Shown here: positions 1-11,653 of the stretch, one piece after another
Layout: each line of letters opens with the position of its first letter
Position numbering within the stretch: the stretch's first letter is position 1
The notes under the pieces: generated by a model
What the model was told of the DNA's origin: nothing
Seen by the model: the letters and a program-made list of their open reading frames with translations, nothing else
Databases searched by the model: none
Translations under genes and position numbers: made by a program
NCBI GenBank assembly: GCA_035248905.1
Contig: DATFGX010000007.1
Coordinates: 4,700-68,699, forward strand
From: Blastocatellia bacterium
GTDB taxonomy: Bacteria > Acidobacteriota > Blastocatellia > UBA7656
Length of the DNA stretch: 64,000 nt
Direction of reading: 5' to 3'

Positions 1-110
1 CCTTCGTTGGCATCGCCGTCTTGCTGGTGCTGGTGGCGCTGGCCGCCTGCCTGATCCCTGCGCGGCGCGCGACGAAGGTCGATCCGATGATCGCGCTCCG
101 CTACGAATAG
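1..110 (+). CDS. C-terminal end of an FtsX-family permease (probable ADOP duplicated permease); 5' partial
   Basis: Open frame from the window edge ending ...[16 protein letters not shown]. This is the same C-terminal motif as the downstream 809 aa permease (...[14 protein letters not shown]), so the two are tandem paralogs. Confidence 0.6.
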   Translation, partial: FVGIAVLLVLVALAACLIPARRATKVDPMIALRYE

Positions 111-196
111 GTGTTGGGTGTTGGGTGCCAGGTGTTGGGGCCGGATCATGCGCCGCCCTCTCACCCAACACCCATCACCCATCACCCGACACCCCA
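111..196. repeat. Inverted heptamer-repeat hairpin (GTGTTGG-type): GTGTTGGGTGTTGGGTG...spacer...CACCCAACACCCATCACCC
   Basis: Read directly: tandem GTGTTGG-like units at 111-140 and their reverse-complement units at ~162-196 around a ~20 nt spacer. Lies in the gap between two permease genes. Confidence 0.7.
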
Positions 197-208
197 CCGG
201 AGGTTTGT

Positions 209-2625
<2,417 letters not shown>

Positions 2626-2635
<10 letters not shown>

Positions 2636-3324
2636 GAACTATCTTCTACGATGCGCCCGTCAACGATGTGAATAGTGCGGTGCGCCAGCCGTGCGTTGTC
2701 GGGGTTGTGCGTCACCATGAAAATGGTCTGGCCGCCGGCGTTGAGTTGCAGGAAAAGCTCGATGACTTCGCGCCCGGTGCGCGTGTCGAGCGCGCCGGTC
2801 GGCTCGTCGGCCAACACCAGCGGCGGATCGTTAATGAGAGCACGCGCGACGGCCAGGCGGCCTTGTTCGCCGCCCGACAGCTCGCTCGGCAAACGCAAAG
2901 CCTTGTCGGCAAGCCCGACGCGTTCGAGCACGCGCATCGCCCGCTCGCGTTTCTCTCCGGCGCTCGCGCTGACGGTCGCTAGCGGCAGCATCACGTTTTC
3001 GACGGCGTTCAAATAAGGCATCAGGTGATGCTGTTGAAACACGAAGCCGAGATATTCGCGACGAAAGTCTGCGCGCCGCTCGTCCGTGAGCGCATATACA
3101 TCAATGTCGTCTACGAGCACGCGGCCCGCTGTCGGATGGTTCATCGCGCCGACTACGGTGAGCAGCGTTGATTTGCCTGACCCGGATGGTCCCATCAAGC
3201 AGACGAACTCGCCTTCGCGAATCACGGCGCTGACGTCCGTGAGCACTCGCACGACAGACGCCGCACTGTCTGAGCCATATTCTTTGCTGACGTGTTCGAT
3301 GCTAACAAAGGGCATGGCACGCAC
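2626..3324 (-). CDS. ABC transporter ATP-binding protein (LolD/MacB-type ATPase)
   Basis: Walker [13 protein letters not shown] signature [15 protein letters not shown] and Walker [13 protein letters not shown] are all present. Lies immediately downstream of the FtsX permease in the same operon. Confidence 0.9.
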
Positions 3325-3329
3325 CGCGC

Positions 3330-4583
3330 TCAGATGTAGCGCACGGCTTCCGACGGGTCGAGGCGCGAGGCGCGCACGATGGGATATAGACTGCTCACTG
3401 TGCCAATCAGCAAGCCCGCGCCGATGGCAACCAGGGCCATCGCCGGCTGAAGCTGAAACGCCGACTCGGTTTCGGCGAAGTATGGCAGCGCGATAAAGCT
3501 CGCGAGCATGCCTGCGGCCCAGCCCAGCAGACCGCCAAGCACGCTAATCAAGCCGATCTCGATCAGCAAGCCTTCGACAATGTGGGCGCGGCGGAAACCG
3601 ATGGCGCGCAGCACGCCGATCTCCTTGGTGCGCTCGACGACCGAACCCATCATCGTCGTGAAGATCATCAGCGCGCCGATGCCGAGCACGACCGCGGCGA
3701 CCACGGCAGAGAATCGCGTCAAGCGCGCGACCGTTTCGCTGCGGGCGCGCACCGATTGCTGAATGGCCGAGACTTTGGCGTGCGGCAAACGCTCGCCGAT
3801 CTGCGCCACGATGTCGCCGATGGGACAGTCTTTGCACAGGGCGCTGACTTCGATGAGACTCAACTGGTCGGGCTTGTTGAGCAGTTGCTGGACGTGGCGC
3901 AGCTCGCCGAAAATCATGCGATCTTCCGGCCCGCCTACAGGCGAGATGATGCCGGCAATGGTGTGCTCGCGACCGGCAACCGTCAGGCGCTCGCGCGTGA
4001 TCTTGAACGCTTCGTGACTCGGCGCGGCAGCCGCGTCGGTGTGCGCGCCGTGATGATTGTCGACTTCGCTTGCTGCGGTCTGCGCGGTCGGTTCGACGAG
4101 ACCGAGCGCCCGCGCCGCTTCGTAGCCGACCAGCAGGTCTGTGTCGGCTTCGGGCTTGCGCCCGACGATGTGCCACCAGCGTTTCAGCGTCAGCTCGCTC
4201 TTGAAATCCACGCCGGCCAGCAGCACGTCGAGATCGCCCGCGCGCACCGCGCCCAGCAGTTTCGGCGACACCAGACTGATGCGGTTGTGCAGCGGGATGT
4301 CGAAGACAGCGGCGGCGTCCGCAGTCTTGAGCTGCTGCACGTCGAACGAGACGCTGGAGACGGCGACGCCGCCATAATCGAGCGACAGGTTATTCGACTG
4401 CGGCACGACAAGGATGTTGGCGCCGAAGCGGTCGAGCTGCGAGCCGATCTCGTCTTTGAGCGAGCCGCTCAGGTTGAGCAGCGCGACGGCAGTGCCAATG
4501 CCGATGGCCATGCCGACGACGAGGAAGGCGGCCTTGCCTTTGCGCCGCTTCAGATTAGCAATGGCGATGGTGCTGATACGCAT
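3330..4583 (-). CDS. ABC transporter permease, FtsX family (MacB-like, single FtsX domain)
   Basis: Start chosen at MRISTIAIANLKRRKGKAAFLVVGMAIGIG, the typical MacB N-terminus. The longer ORF-track start reads through the heptamer hairpin. There is a 6 nt gap to the downstream ATPase. Confidence 0.85.
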   Translation of the reverse strand: MRISTIAIANLKRRKGKAAFLVVGMAIGIGTAVALLNLSGSLKDEIGSQLDRFGANILVVPQSNNLSLDYGGVAVSSVSFDVQQLKTADAAAVFDIPLHNRISLVSPKLLGAVRAGDLDVLLAGVDFKSELTLKRWWHIVGRKPEADTDLLVGYEAARALGLVEPTAQTAASEVDNHHGAHTDAAAAPSHEAFKITRERLTVAGREHTIAGIISPVGGPEDRMIFGELRHVQQLLNKPDQLSLIEVSALCKDCPIGDIVAQIGERLPHAKVSAIQQSVRARSETVARLTRFSAVVAAVVLGIGALMIFTTMMGSVVERTKEIGVLRAIGFRRAHIVEGLLIEIGLISVLGGLLGWAAGMLASFIALPYFAETESAFQLQPAMALVAIGAGLLIGTVSSLYPIVRASRLDPSEAVRYI

Positions 4584-4586
4584 AAT

Positions 4587-4691
4587 GAGTGACAAGTGAC
4601 GAGTGACAAGTGACAAGAGGGCTGCGCATGCCAAAGCTCGCCGGGACGCGGAGTGACTTCGTCTTGTCACTCGTCACTTGTCACTTGTCAC
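4587..4691. repeat. Inverted heptamer-repeat hairpin (GTGACAA-type): GAGTGACAAGTGACGAGTGACAAGTGACAAG ... CTTGTCACTCGTCACTTGTCACTTGTCAC
   Basis: Near-perfect ~29 bp inverted repeat with a ~45 nt spacer. Sits between the DUF2318-like gene stop (4693) and the permease start (4583), inside a probable operon. Confidence 0.8.
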
Positions 4692-4692
4692 T

Positions 4693-5223
4693 TCAGAAGT
4701 ATTGTTGTCGTGCTTGCAGGTCGCTGGCTTTGATGACCAGCGTGTCGCCTTCGATCTGGCGCGGCAGACCCACAGGGTTGCAGCCGCCGTGAACTTCGTT
4801 GACTTGCGCCGAATGAAAATGCAGGCCGCAGTTGTTGCACACCATGTCGTCGCCTTCCTGATGGTAGCCCTTCTTGGCGTGATAACAGGTGTCGCAGGCG
4901 TCGAGCGCGGCGCGGTAAACGCCGTCCGAACTCTTGAGCACGAAGAAGCGCAGCTTGCGGTTATCGGCCAGCGTGTAGTCGTAAAACTTGGCGGTGCTGC
5001 TCAGCTCGGCGAGCGGGATGCGCACGTCACCGGTGGCGCTGTTACTGACGACCGTCGCCGACGGCTGGTCGCCGCGCCCGCGCAAGACGACAAACGCCGC
5101 GACGGCGGCAACCACGATCACCAGCACGAGCAGCCACAGCTTCATCTTGCTCTGGGACGGCGCGCCATCGGCGAATTGCGCGCGCTTCTGCTCGCGGCGA
5201 TTGCTCTGCGGTTGGTTTTCCAT
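4693..5223 (-). CDS. Membrane-anchored Cys4 protein (DUF2318-like predicted metal-binding protein)
   Basis: One N-terminal TM helix (LWLLVLVIVVAAVAAFVVL) followed by two CxxC pairs (DACDTCY...MVCNNCG). The family assignment is from memory and not verified. Confidence 0.55.
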   Translation of the reverse strand: MENQPQSNRREQKRAQFADGAPSQSKMKLWLLVLVIVVAAVAAFVVLRGRGDQPSATVVSNSATGDVRIPLAELSSTAKFYDYTLADNRKLRFFVLKSSDGVYRAALDACDTCYHAKKGYHQEGDDMVCNNCGLHFHSAQVNEVHGGCNPVGLPRQIEGDTLVIKASDLQARQQYF

Positions 5224-5251
5224 ACGTATGCTTCCTCTTCATCAACGGCGA

Positions 5252-7597
5252 TCAGGCCAGCTCCATGCGGCGCAGCAAATCTTGAAAGCGCGCATCTAAG
5301 CGCACGTCGTCAAAGACCGGCTCGACCTTGACGTAAACCAGAATGCCGTGGCGCTCGCGGTAAGTCCTCTCCAGTTCCGCGAAGCCCTGGTCGCGGTCGC
5401 CGACGCCGAAGTAGGCGCGCGCCATGCTGTAGGGCGAAACGTAGAGCCGCGCCGATAGCTCTTTGAGCGTCACGAGCGACATCTCTGCGTCGGTCAGGCG
5501 GCCCCAGGCGGCGTACGCATGGCCCATCGCCGACATGGTTTCGGTGTCGTGCGGCGCCAGCTTCAAAGCTTGCTCGAACTCGGCGACTGCTTCCTTGTAC
5601 ATCTGCTTCTGCTCGTAGATCATCCCCAGCCGGCGGTGCGCCAGCGAGTAATCTGCCGCCAGCTCCATCGTCTTGCGGCACTGGTCAATGGCTTCGTCGT
5701 AGCGCCGCGCGAAGTAGTAGACGCGCGCGACGTTGAGGTTGACGACCGGCGACAGCGGCTCAAGCTCCAGGGCGCGGCGGACTTCGGCGACCGCTTCGTC
5801 GTGGCGGCGCATCGCCGCCAGAAACAACGCATACCACAGGTGCGCCGTCGCGTAGGCCGGGTTCAACTCGATGGCCTGCTTGAATTCGTCTTCCGCCGCC
5901 GCCCATTGCCACTCGTACCAGAAGCGTATGTGCGCCAGGCTAACGCGCGCTTCGGCGAGCTTCGGGTCGAGCTTCAAGGCTTTCATCGCTGTCGCCTTGG
6001 CGCGCAAGAAGGCGGTGCGCGGCGGCATCACGCTGTAGCTCGCCATCAGCGTGTGGCTGTCGGCCAGGCCCGCGTAAGCCAGCGCGTAATTCGGGTCGAG
6101 GGCGATGGCTTGCTCAAAATATTCGATGCCCTGGCGCAGGTCTTCTTCGGTGCGCCGGTTCCAATGGTAGCGGCCTTTGAGGTAAAGCTGATAGGCGGCG
6201 GTGTCCGGCGTGTAGCGCCGCGCCAGGCGCTTCTTCTGCGCCCCGCTGAGCCGCAATCGCAGGTGCTCGGCGATCTCTGCGGTCATCTCTTCTTCAATGT
6301 TACAAATGTCACAAAGCGCGTGGCTGATCTGGCCGCCCCAGAGGTGCGAGCCGTCGAGCGTGTCAATCAGCTCGGCCTTGACGATTACCTGCTCGCCGCG
6401 TTGCAGGATGCGACCAATCATCACGGCGCGCACGTTCAGCTCGCGCCCGACGCGTATCGGGTCAGGCTCTTGCGCGTGCAGGCTGCCGGTGGTGCGCACC
6501 TTGTAGCGGAACACCGTCGAGCGCGCCATCACGCGCAGCCGCGGCAGCGCCGACAGCGTGTGAATCAACGACTCGGTGATGCCTTCCGACAGGTAGTCGG
6601 TTTCGGAATCGCCGCTCAAATTAATCAGCGGCAGGATGGCCAGCGAATCGATGGCGCGGCGGCGCGACGGCGGGCGTGGCAGGGCTTGCGTCGGGCGGTT
6701 CAAGTCCACGGTCGTGCCCTGCGCCTGCGGCGGGCGCGCGCCCGAATCGATGTCGCGCAGCAGGTTGCGCAGATCGACCAGCAATTCCTGCGACGATTGG
6801 TAGCGCCGCTCCGGAAGTTTTTCGAGGCACTTGCGCACCATGCGCTCGAACTCCGGCGGCAGGCTGTAATTCAGCCGCGCGATCGGTATCGGCTCGGCGT
6901 GAATGATCTGGTCAATGACTTCGACGCTGTTCTGGCCCGCGAAAGGCAAGCGCCCGGTGGCCATCTCGTACATCACGACGCCGAGCGAGAAGATGTCCGA
7001 GCGATGATCGATGGGATGGCCCATGGCCTGCTCCGGCGACATGTAAGCCACGGTGCCGGCGACGACGTTGAGCGCCGTCTGCTGCACCAGCTCTCTGGTG
7101 TTCTCGTCTGTGCGCGACCAGTCAGGGCGGCTCACCTTGGCGATGCCGAAGTCCAAAATCTTGACCGCGCCGCGCTCGTTCAGCATCAGGTTGGCGCTTT
7201 TAATGTCGCAATGAATGATGCCGAAGCCGTGCGCTTCGGTGAGCGCGTCGGCGATCTGCGCGCTTACGGTGATCACGTCGCGCAGCGGCAGCGGCCCGCG
7301 CTCCAGGCGCAAGCTGAGCGCCTCGCCCTCGACGTACTCCATGACAATGAAGATGGCGCCTTCATACTCGCCGATGTCATAGATGGCGACGATGTGCGGC
7401 GAGCGCAAGGCCGAAGTCGCGCGCGCCTCCTGCATGAAGCGCGTGCGGCGGTCAGGGTCGTACTGATAGGAAGCCGGCAGGAATTTGAGCGCGACGTTGC
7501 GACCGAGCCGCGTGTCTTCGGCAAGGTAGACTTCACCCATGCCGCCCGCGCCCAGTTCTCTAATAATTCGATAATGAGAAATCGTCTGCTCGATCAC
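5252..7597 (-). CDS. Serine/threonine protein kinase with TolB-N-like sensor domain and C-terminal TPR repeats
   Basis: Hanks kinase motifs are present ([36 protein letters not shown]). The middle segment AILPLINLSGDSETDYLSEGITESLI...AELIDTLDGSHLWG is the TolB-N-like/cyclase-type domain. The C-terminal ~300 aa are TPR repeats. Confidence 0.9.
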   Translation of the reverse strand: MIEQTISHYRIIRELGAGGMGEVYLAEDTRLGRNVALKFLPASYQYDPDRRTRFMQEARATSALRSPHIVAIYDIGEYEGAIFIVMEYVEGEALSLRLERGPLPLRDVITVSAQIADALTEAHGFGIIHCDIKSANLMLNERGAVKILDFGIAKVSRPDWSRTDENTRELVQQTALNVVAGTVAYMSPEQAMGHPIDHRSDIFSLGVVMYEMATGRLPFAGQNSVEVIDQIIHAEPIPIARLNYSLPPEFERMVRKCLEKLPERRYQSSQELLVDLRNLLRDIDSGARPPQAQGTTVDLNRPTQALPRPPSRRRAIDSLAILPLINLSGDSETDYLSEGITESLIHTLSALPRLRVMARSTVFRYKVRTTGSLHAQEPDPIRVGRELNVRAVMIGRILQRGEQVIVKAELIDTLDGSHLWGGQISHALCDICNIEEEMTAEIAEHLRLRLSGAQKKRLARRYTPDTAAYQLYLKGRYHWNRRTEEDLRQGIEYFEQAIALDPNYALAYAGLADSHTLMASYSVMPPRTAFLRAKATAMKALKLDPKLAEARVSLAHIRFWYEWQWAAAEDEFKQAIELNPAYATAHLWYALFLAAMRRHDEAVAEVRRALELEPLSPVVNLNVARVYYFARRYDEAIDQCRKTMELAADYSLAHRRLGMIYEQKQMYKEAVAEFEQALKLAPHDTETMSAMGHAYAAWGRLTDAEMSLVTLKELSARLYVSPYSMARAYFGVGDRDQGFAELERTYRERHGILVYVKVEPVFDDVRLDARFQDLLRRMELA

Positions 7598-7672
7598 TAT
7601 GACTCCCCCGGGGCCATTGCTCGATTGATTATTCTCCCAGAAGCGGGGCGTGATCGTCTACAGCTAAGCCGA

Positions 7673-9256
7673 TTATTGGTAAACTTTGTAATCAATCTCC
7701 TGGAAAATGGAGTCTTTCCATTCAACGTCGGCGAGCCACTCGGCATCAATCTCGTTGCGTTTGATCATCTCGTAGAGCCGCGTGAAGCGGTGGATATGAT
7801 CGCGGAAACGTTTCTTGGCGTACTGCACGCTGGTCGCCGTCGTGATGATGAAGGCCCAGTCGGAAGATTCCGCAAGCAACAGCTCGCGCGCCGCCTGATT
7901 CAGCGCCCGGCGCATCAAGCCTTCGGCGCCGGGGTGCTGGCGCGCCAGCTCGATCATGCGGTCTTCGGCGACGTGCTGGTGCATGTACATCCACTCGTTC
8001 TCGCCGTTGATCCAGACGCGGTAATAACCTTCCGCGCCCCACGACGAGGTGCTGATCTGCTGCTGCTGATTGTCGGCGTATTCGGCCAGGTAATCGAGCG
8101 GCGTCGCCAGGCGAATCTCGTCCTGGTCGAAATGAATCTTGCGGAAGAGGAAGTTGAGAAACTGCGGTCCCTCGAACCACCAGTGGCCGAACAGCTCTGC
8201 GTCGTAGGGCGAGACGATCAACGGCTTGCGGCCCAGGACGGGGCGCAGGTGATGCGCCTGCGCCTGGCGGTTGAGCAGGAAATTACCGGCGTGCGAGGCC
8301 GCTTTGCCGGTCGCCCACTGCGGCACGTAAGGCTGCTTGGCGCCGAGGTCAACCTTGCCGGTGACGCGGTAATACTTGATGCCGAGATTGCGGCGGATGC
8401 CGTCGCTGTGCAGATAAGGCTTGACGTAATCGTAATCGCCATCGAAGCCGAGGTCGCGATAAAACTCGCGGTAGTCGACGTCGCCGGGGTAGCCGATCTC
8501 GGCGCTCCAGACCTGCTCGCTGGTCTCGACGTCGCGCGCAAAAGCCGCCACCCCGGCAGGCGTAATCGCCGGCGCATAAATGCCGCGGCGCGGCTGCGGC
8601 TGGCCGAACATGATGGCGTGCGCGTCGACGATGAAGAAGCGAATCCCGGCAGCCTTGAGCAGATCATCCACCCCGGCGGTGTAGGCGCACTCCGGCAGCC
8701 AGATGCCTTGAGGGTCGCGGCCAAAATGTTTGATGTAATTCCGCTTGCCGACTTCGATCTGAGCGCGGCGCGCTTCCACCCGCGTCATCAGCGGCAGAAA
8801 GCCATGCGTCGCGCCGCAGGTGATGATGTCAATCGCGCCGGCTTCTTGCAGCGCGCGAAAGCCGTGCAGGATGTTCCGCTGGTAGCGGTTCTCGAACATC
8901 TCGTAGGCGGCGCGGAAGTGGTTGAGGTACATGTGCGCCGTCGCGTTCATGGCTTCCGAGTGGCGCGTGCGCACGACCTCTTTCTCGCACAGCTCGATGA
9001 GCTTTTCGAGGTGGCGGACGTAGCGTTCCTGCAACAGCGGGTCGGCGAGCATCTCGCACAGCGGCGGCGTCAGCCCGAGGGTCACGCGCGCCCGCACGCC
9101 GTCCGTCACGCAGCCTTCGAAGACCTGCAAGAGCGGCAGGTAGGTTTCGCTGATGGCTTCAAAGAGCCAGTCTTCTTCGAGGAATTCCGGGTATTCGGGG
9201 TGGCGCACAAACGGCAGGTGCGCGTGCAGAACGATGGCTAACAGTCCTTGTTCCAT
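7673..9256 (-). CDS. Glycoside hydrolase family 57 (GH57 alpha-glucan branching enzyme/amylase-like)
   Basis: N-terminus MEQGLLAIVLHAHLPFVRHPEYPEFLEEDWLFEAISETYLPLL is the GH57 signature. Start taken at the internal ATG (M24), because GH57 proteins begin at the LVLHAHLP motif. Confidence 0.85.
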   Translation of the reverse strand: MEQGLLAIVLHAHLPFVRHPEYPEFLEEDWLFEAISETYLPLLQVFEGCVTDGVRARVTLGLTPPLCEMLADPLLQERYVRHLEKLIELCEKEVVRTRHSEAMNATAHMYLNHFRAAYEMFENRYQRNILHGFRALQEAGAIDIITCGATHGFLPLMTRVEARRAQIEVGKRNYIKHFGRDPQGIWLPECAYTAGVDDLLKAAGIRFFIVDAHAIMFGQPQPRRGIYAPAITPAGVAAFARDVETSEQVWSAEIGYPGDVDYREFYRDLGFDGDYDYVKPYLHSDGIRRNLGIKYYRVTGKVDLGAKQPYVPQWATGKAASHAGNFLLNRQAQAHHLRPVLGRKPLIVSPYDAELFGHWWFEGPQFLNFLFRKIHFDQDEIRLATPLDYLAEYADNQQQQISTSSWGAEGYYRVWINGENEWMYMHQHVAEDRMIELARQHPGAEGLMRRALNQAARELLLAESSDWAFIITTATSVQYAKKRFRDHIHRFTRLYEMIKRNEIDAEWLADVEWKDSIFQEIDYKVYQ

Positions 9257-9321
9257 GTAGGTCCCTGGCCCCTTGGCTGGAGATGGGCTTCGCCCGCTGG
9301 CGGTTTCCGGTTTCTGGTTGC

Positions 9322-10314
9322 TCACGGCTGGCGCGACGAGGTGCTGGGAACCAGGAACCGGGAACCGGGAACTCTGAATTGCGGCAGGCGCGGCAGATGA
9401 AACTCTTCGCCCGGCGGCAGCGATTCGCTGGCGCCTGCGAAGAAGCGCGGCGTGACGTGCAGCGGGTGCGTGTGGTCGCCGATCAGCTCGCGCTCGTCCT
9501 CAAGCGCCTCGCGCAACACTTCCGGCAAATAGTGCGCCAGGCCGACCGAGGCCAACTGGCCGTCGCTTGCGAAGAAGAGTTTCAGCAGCTCGCTGCGGAA
9601 GGGGTCGGGCAGCGCATCAATAATCTCGAAGGTCAATTCGCCGCCGATGGCGGTTATCAGCAAGGCGTTGCGCACAGACTCAGGCAGCTTGAGCAGGAGG
9701 TCTGCGACCTGCTGGCCGTCGGCGGTCGAGCCGGGCATGGGTGCGACCGTAATGTCCATCGCTTGCTCAGGCGCGAAACCCGTCGCCTCCAGAACCTCGA
9801 AGAATTCCGACGTCGTCATCTGGTAAGCCGGCTGCGGCGCGGGCACGGGCGAAACCGTGCCGCGCGGCGTGCGCACCGGATTCGAGCGCACCAGCGTGAT
9901 GTAGCCGTGCTGGGGCGAGCGCACGCCGATCTCGAATTCGTAGGTGCGGTCGGGAAAGACCATCATCCAGTAGCGCCCGTGCGGCCCGACTTCGAAAAAG
10001 GCTTCCTGGCCGCCGTCTATATCGCGCAGCTTGAGCGTCGTGCGAAACTGCGCCGCCTCGGCCTCGGAAAAAATCTTGGTGAGGCCGGTGAGGCTTTCCG
10101 GGCGCACCTCCCAGTAGATGAAGATGCGGAACGGGTCCTGCAAGAGGGCGCGGATGATGTCAACGCCATAGCTTTCAGGCACCGGCAGCCCTTCGTCTAT
10201 GTAAGGCTGGTCGCTGATCGCTTCCGTGGCGGTGACTTCGGGGGCGGGCTGGTCCGGCTCGATGGGTTTGACCGGCGCGGCGCCGAACGCGGATGAGGGA
10301 CGGAGCACAAACAT
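9322..10314 (-). CDS. DUF4912-like protein (conserved GH57-associated partner of unknown function)
   Basis: Contains the IYWEV motif. Sits directly upstream of the GH57 gene on the same strand. AAGGAG lies 6 nt before the ATG (MFVLRPSS). The C-terminal codons ...VPGSRFLVPST are encoded by a (CGGTTCC)n heptamer array. Confidence 0.55.
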   Translation of the reverse strand: MFVLRPSSAFGAAPVKPIEPDQPAPEVTATEAISDQPYIDEGLPVPESYGVDIIRALLQDPFRIFIYWEVRPESLTGLTKIFSEAEAAQFRTTLKLRDIDGGQEAFFEVGPHGRYWMMVFPDRTYEFEIGVRSPQHGYITLVRSNPVRTPRGTVSPVPAPQPAYQMTTSEFFEVLEATGFAPEQAMDITVAPMPGSTADGQQVADLLLKLPESVRNALLITAIGGELTFEIIDALPDPFRSELLKLFFASDGQLASVGLAHYLPEVLREALEDERELIGDHTHPLHVTPRFFAGASESLPPGEEFHLPRLPQFRVPGSRFLVPSTSSRQP

Positions 10315-10380
10315 CACAATCTCCTTCACACAGAGTAATCTAACTTTGTATTGGATGGGTCGGGCGGTGTCAAGCAGGCG

Positions 10381-10480
10381 GGGTGTTGGGTGTTAGGTAT
10401 TGGGGGTTAGGGATTTGTCGTGGCGAAGCAGCCGTCCTCCCCAGCACCCGACACCCAACACCTAACACCCAACCCCCAAA
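10381..10480. repeat. Inverted heptamer-repeat hairpin (GTGTTGG/GTGTTAG-type)
   Basis: GGGTGTTGGGTGTTAGGTATTGGGGGTTAGGG ... CCCGACACCCAACACCTAACACCCAACCCCCAA. Same heptamer family as the 111-196 element. Intergenic, upstream of hfq. Confidence 0.75.
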
Positions 10481-10555
10481 CTCTTGCCCAGTTTGATTTA
10501 TCTGTGATAGGTTTGCAGTACCCTTGAAAACTTTTTGACCGGGGGAATCTGGTAA

Positions 10556-10909
10556 ATGGAAAAGCCATCGCAACAAAATACAATCCAAGACAGCTTTCTC
10601 AACAGTGCCCGCAAAGAGCGCAGCAACGTCACCATCTATTTGATGAGCGGCGTCAAGCTGACGGGAAGAATCAAGAGCTTCGACAAGTACTCAGTGATCC
10701 TGGAGGCGGGGGCGCAAGAGCAGTTGATCTTCAAGCACGCCATCTCGACGGTGTCGCTGCCGCGCGGCGGCGGGCGTGATTTCCATTACAGCCGCGAAAA
10801 CCGCGAAGGGCGCGGCGAGCGCGGCCCGGATCGCGAGCACCACGCCGAGCGCGAGCACCCACCGGAAGCGAACTCCACCGGATCGGCAGCCGGCGGAGAG
10901 CGCTCCTAA
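10556..10909 (+). CDS. hfq: RNA chaperone Hfq with R/E/G-rich C-terminal extension
   Basis: Sm-like core [59 protein letters not shown]. This is followed by a ~50 aa tail rich in RE/RG/H. Confidence 0.85.
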   Translation: MEKPSQQNTIQDSFLNSARKERSNVTIYLMSGVKLTGRIKSFDKYSVILEAGAQEQLIFKHAISTVSLPRGGGRDFHYSRENREGRGERGPDREHHAEREHPPEANSTGSAAGGERS

Positions 10910-10947
10910 ACCGGGCGCGCTCGCTTTGCTCCTCTTTCCATCACCCT

Positions 10948-10969
10948 GGGCTGCCGCAGCCGGCAGCCC
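10948..10969 (+). terminator. Weak stem-loop between hfq and tmk (GGGCTGCCG-cag-CCGGCAGCCC)
   Basis: Perfect 9 bp GC stem seen in the sequence. The U-tract is poor, so it could be a partial terminator or an RNA-processing element. Confidence 0.3.
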
Positions 10970-10981
10970 AACTCATTTCCA

Positions 10982-11653
10982 ATGACCGGCGGCGGACTGT
11001 TCATCACAATGGAAGGGCTGGATGGCTGCGGCAAGAGCACGCAGCTTGAGCGGCTGGCCGCAGCGCTCAGCGAGCGCGGCCTCGACCTCGTGGTGACGCG
11101 CGAGCCGGGCGGCACGCCGCTCGGCGAAGGCGTGCGCGGCTTGCTGACTTCGGACGTCAGCGACCGTATCGTGCCGGTGGCAGAATTGTTACTGATCGTC
11201 GGCGCGCGCGCCCAGCATGTCGCCGAGCTGGTGCGACCGGCGCTTTTAGCGGGCCGCGTCGTCATCAGCGACCGCTACACCGATTCGAGCGTCGCCTTTC
11301 AAGGCTACGGTCGCGGCCTTGACCTCGGCTTGATCGAACACGTGAATCGGGCGGCGACCGGCGGCCTGCGCCCTGACCTGACGATTCTCCTCGACCTTGA
11401 GCCGGAAGCGGCGCAGGCGCGCATGAGTCCGCGACCCGTAGGCGGCTTGCTCGGCGCGCTCGACCTTGAGAAGCTCGACTTTCACGCGCGCGTGCGGCGC
11501 GGCTACCTGGCGCTGGCGGCGGCGGAGCCGGACCGCGTGCGCGTCGTCCAGGCCGGCGGCACCGCCGACGAGACCCACGCCGGCGTCATGCAGGTCGTTG
11601 AAGAAGTGGTCAGTGGCCAGTGGCCAGTGGCCAGCAAGAAAATGCAAGAATAA
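10982..11653 (+). CDS. tmk: Thymidylate kinase
   Basis: P-loop LFITMEGLDGCGKSTQ, DRY motif (ISDRYTDSSVAFQGYGRGL) and a lid region. The last ~14 codons (VSGQWPVASKKMQE) are encoded by the GTGGCCA heptamer array. Confidence 0.85.
   Translation: MTGGGLFITMEGLDGCGKSTQLERLAAALSERGLDLVVTREPGGTPLGEGVRGLLTSDVSDRIVPVAELLLIVGARAQHVAELVRPALLAGRVVISDRYTDSSVAFQGYGRGLDLGLIEHVNRAATGGLRPDLTILLDLEPEAAQARMSPRPVGGLLGALDLEKLDFHARVRRGYLALAAAEPDRVRVVQAGGTADETHAGVMQVVEEVVSGQWPVASKKMQE

Noticed and set aside
125-208. Upstream extensions of ORF-track starts through repeat hairpins (125 for the ADOP permease; also 4670 for the FtsX permease, 32567 for the FHA protein, 20382 for the KE-rich protein)
   Set aside because: The extended N-termini are encoded by the heptamer-repeat arms and lack RBSs. 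Internal ATGs have SD sequences and family-typical N-termini.
5519-9241. 1240 aa ORF on + strand (and similar long ORFs at 11246-12391 -, 16000-17109 -, 32818-34449 +, 27731-28606 +, 1316-2080 -)
   Set aside because: These lie antisense or out of frame to genes with clear domain content (kinase, GH57, tmk, M1 peptidase, GDE, GH63-like). Their translations are Arg/Ala/Gly-rich low-complexity, typical of spurious ORFs in high-GC DNA.
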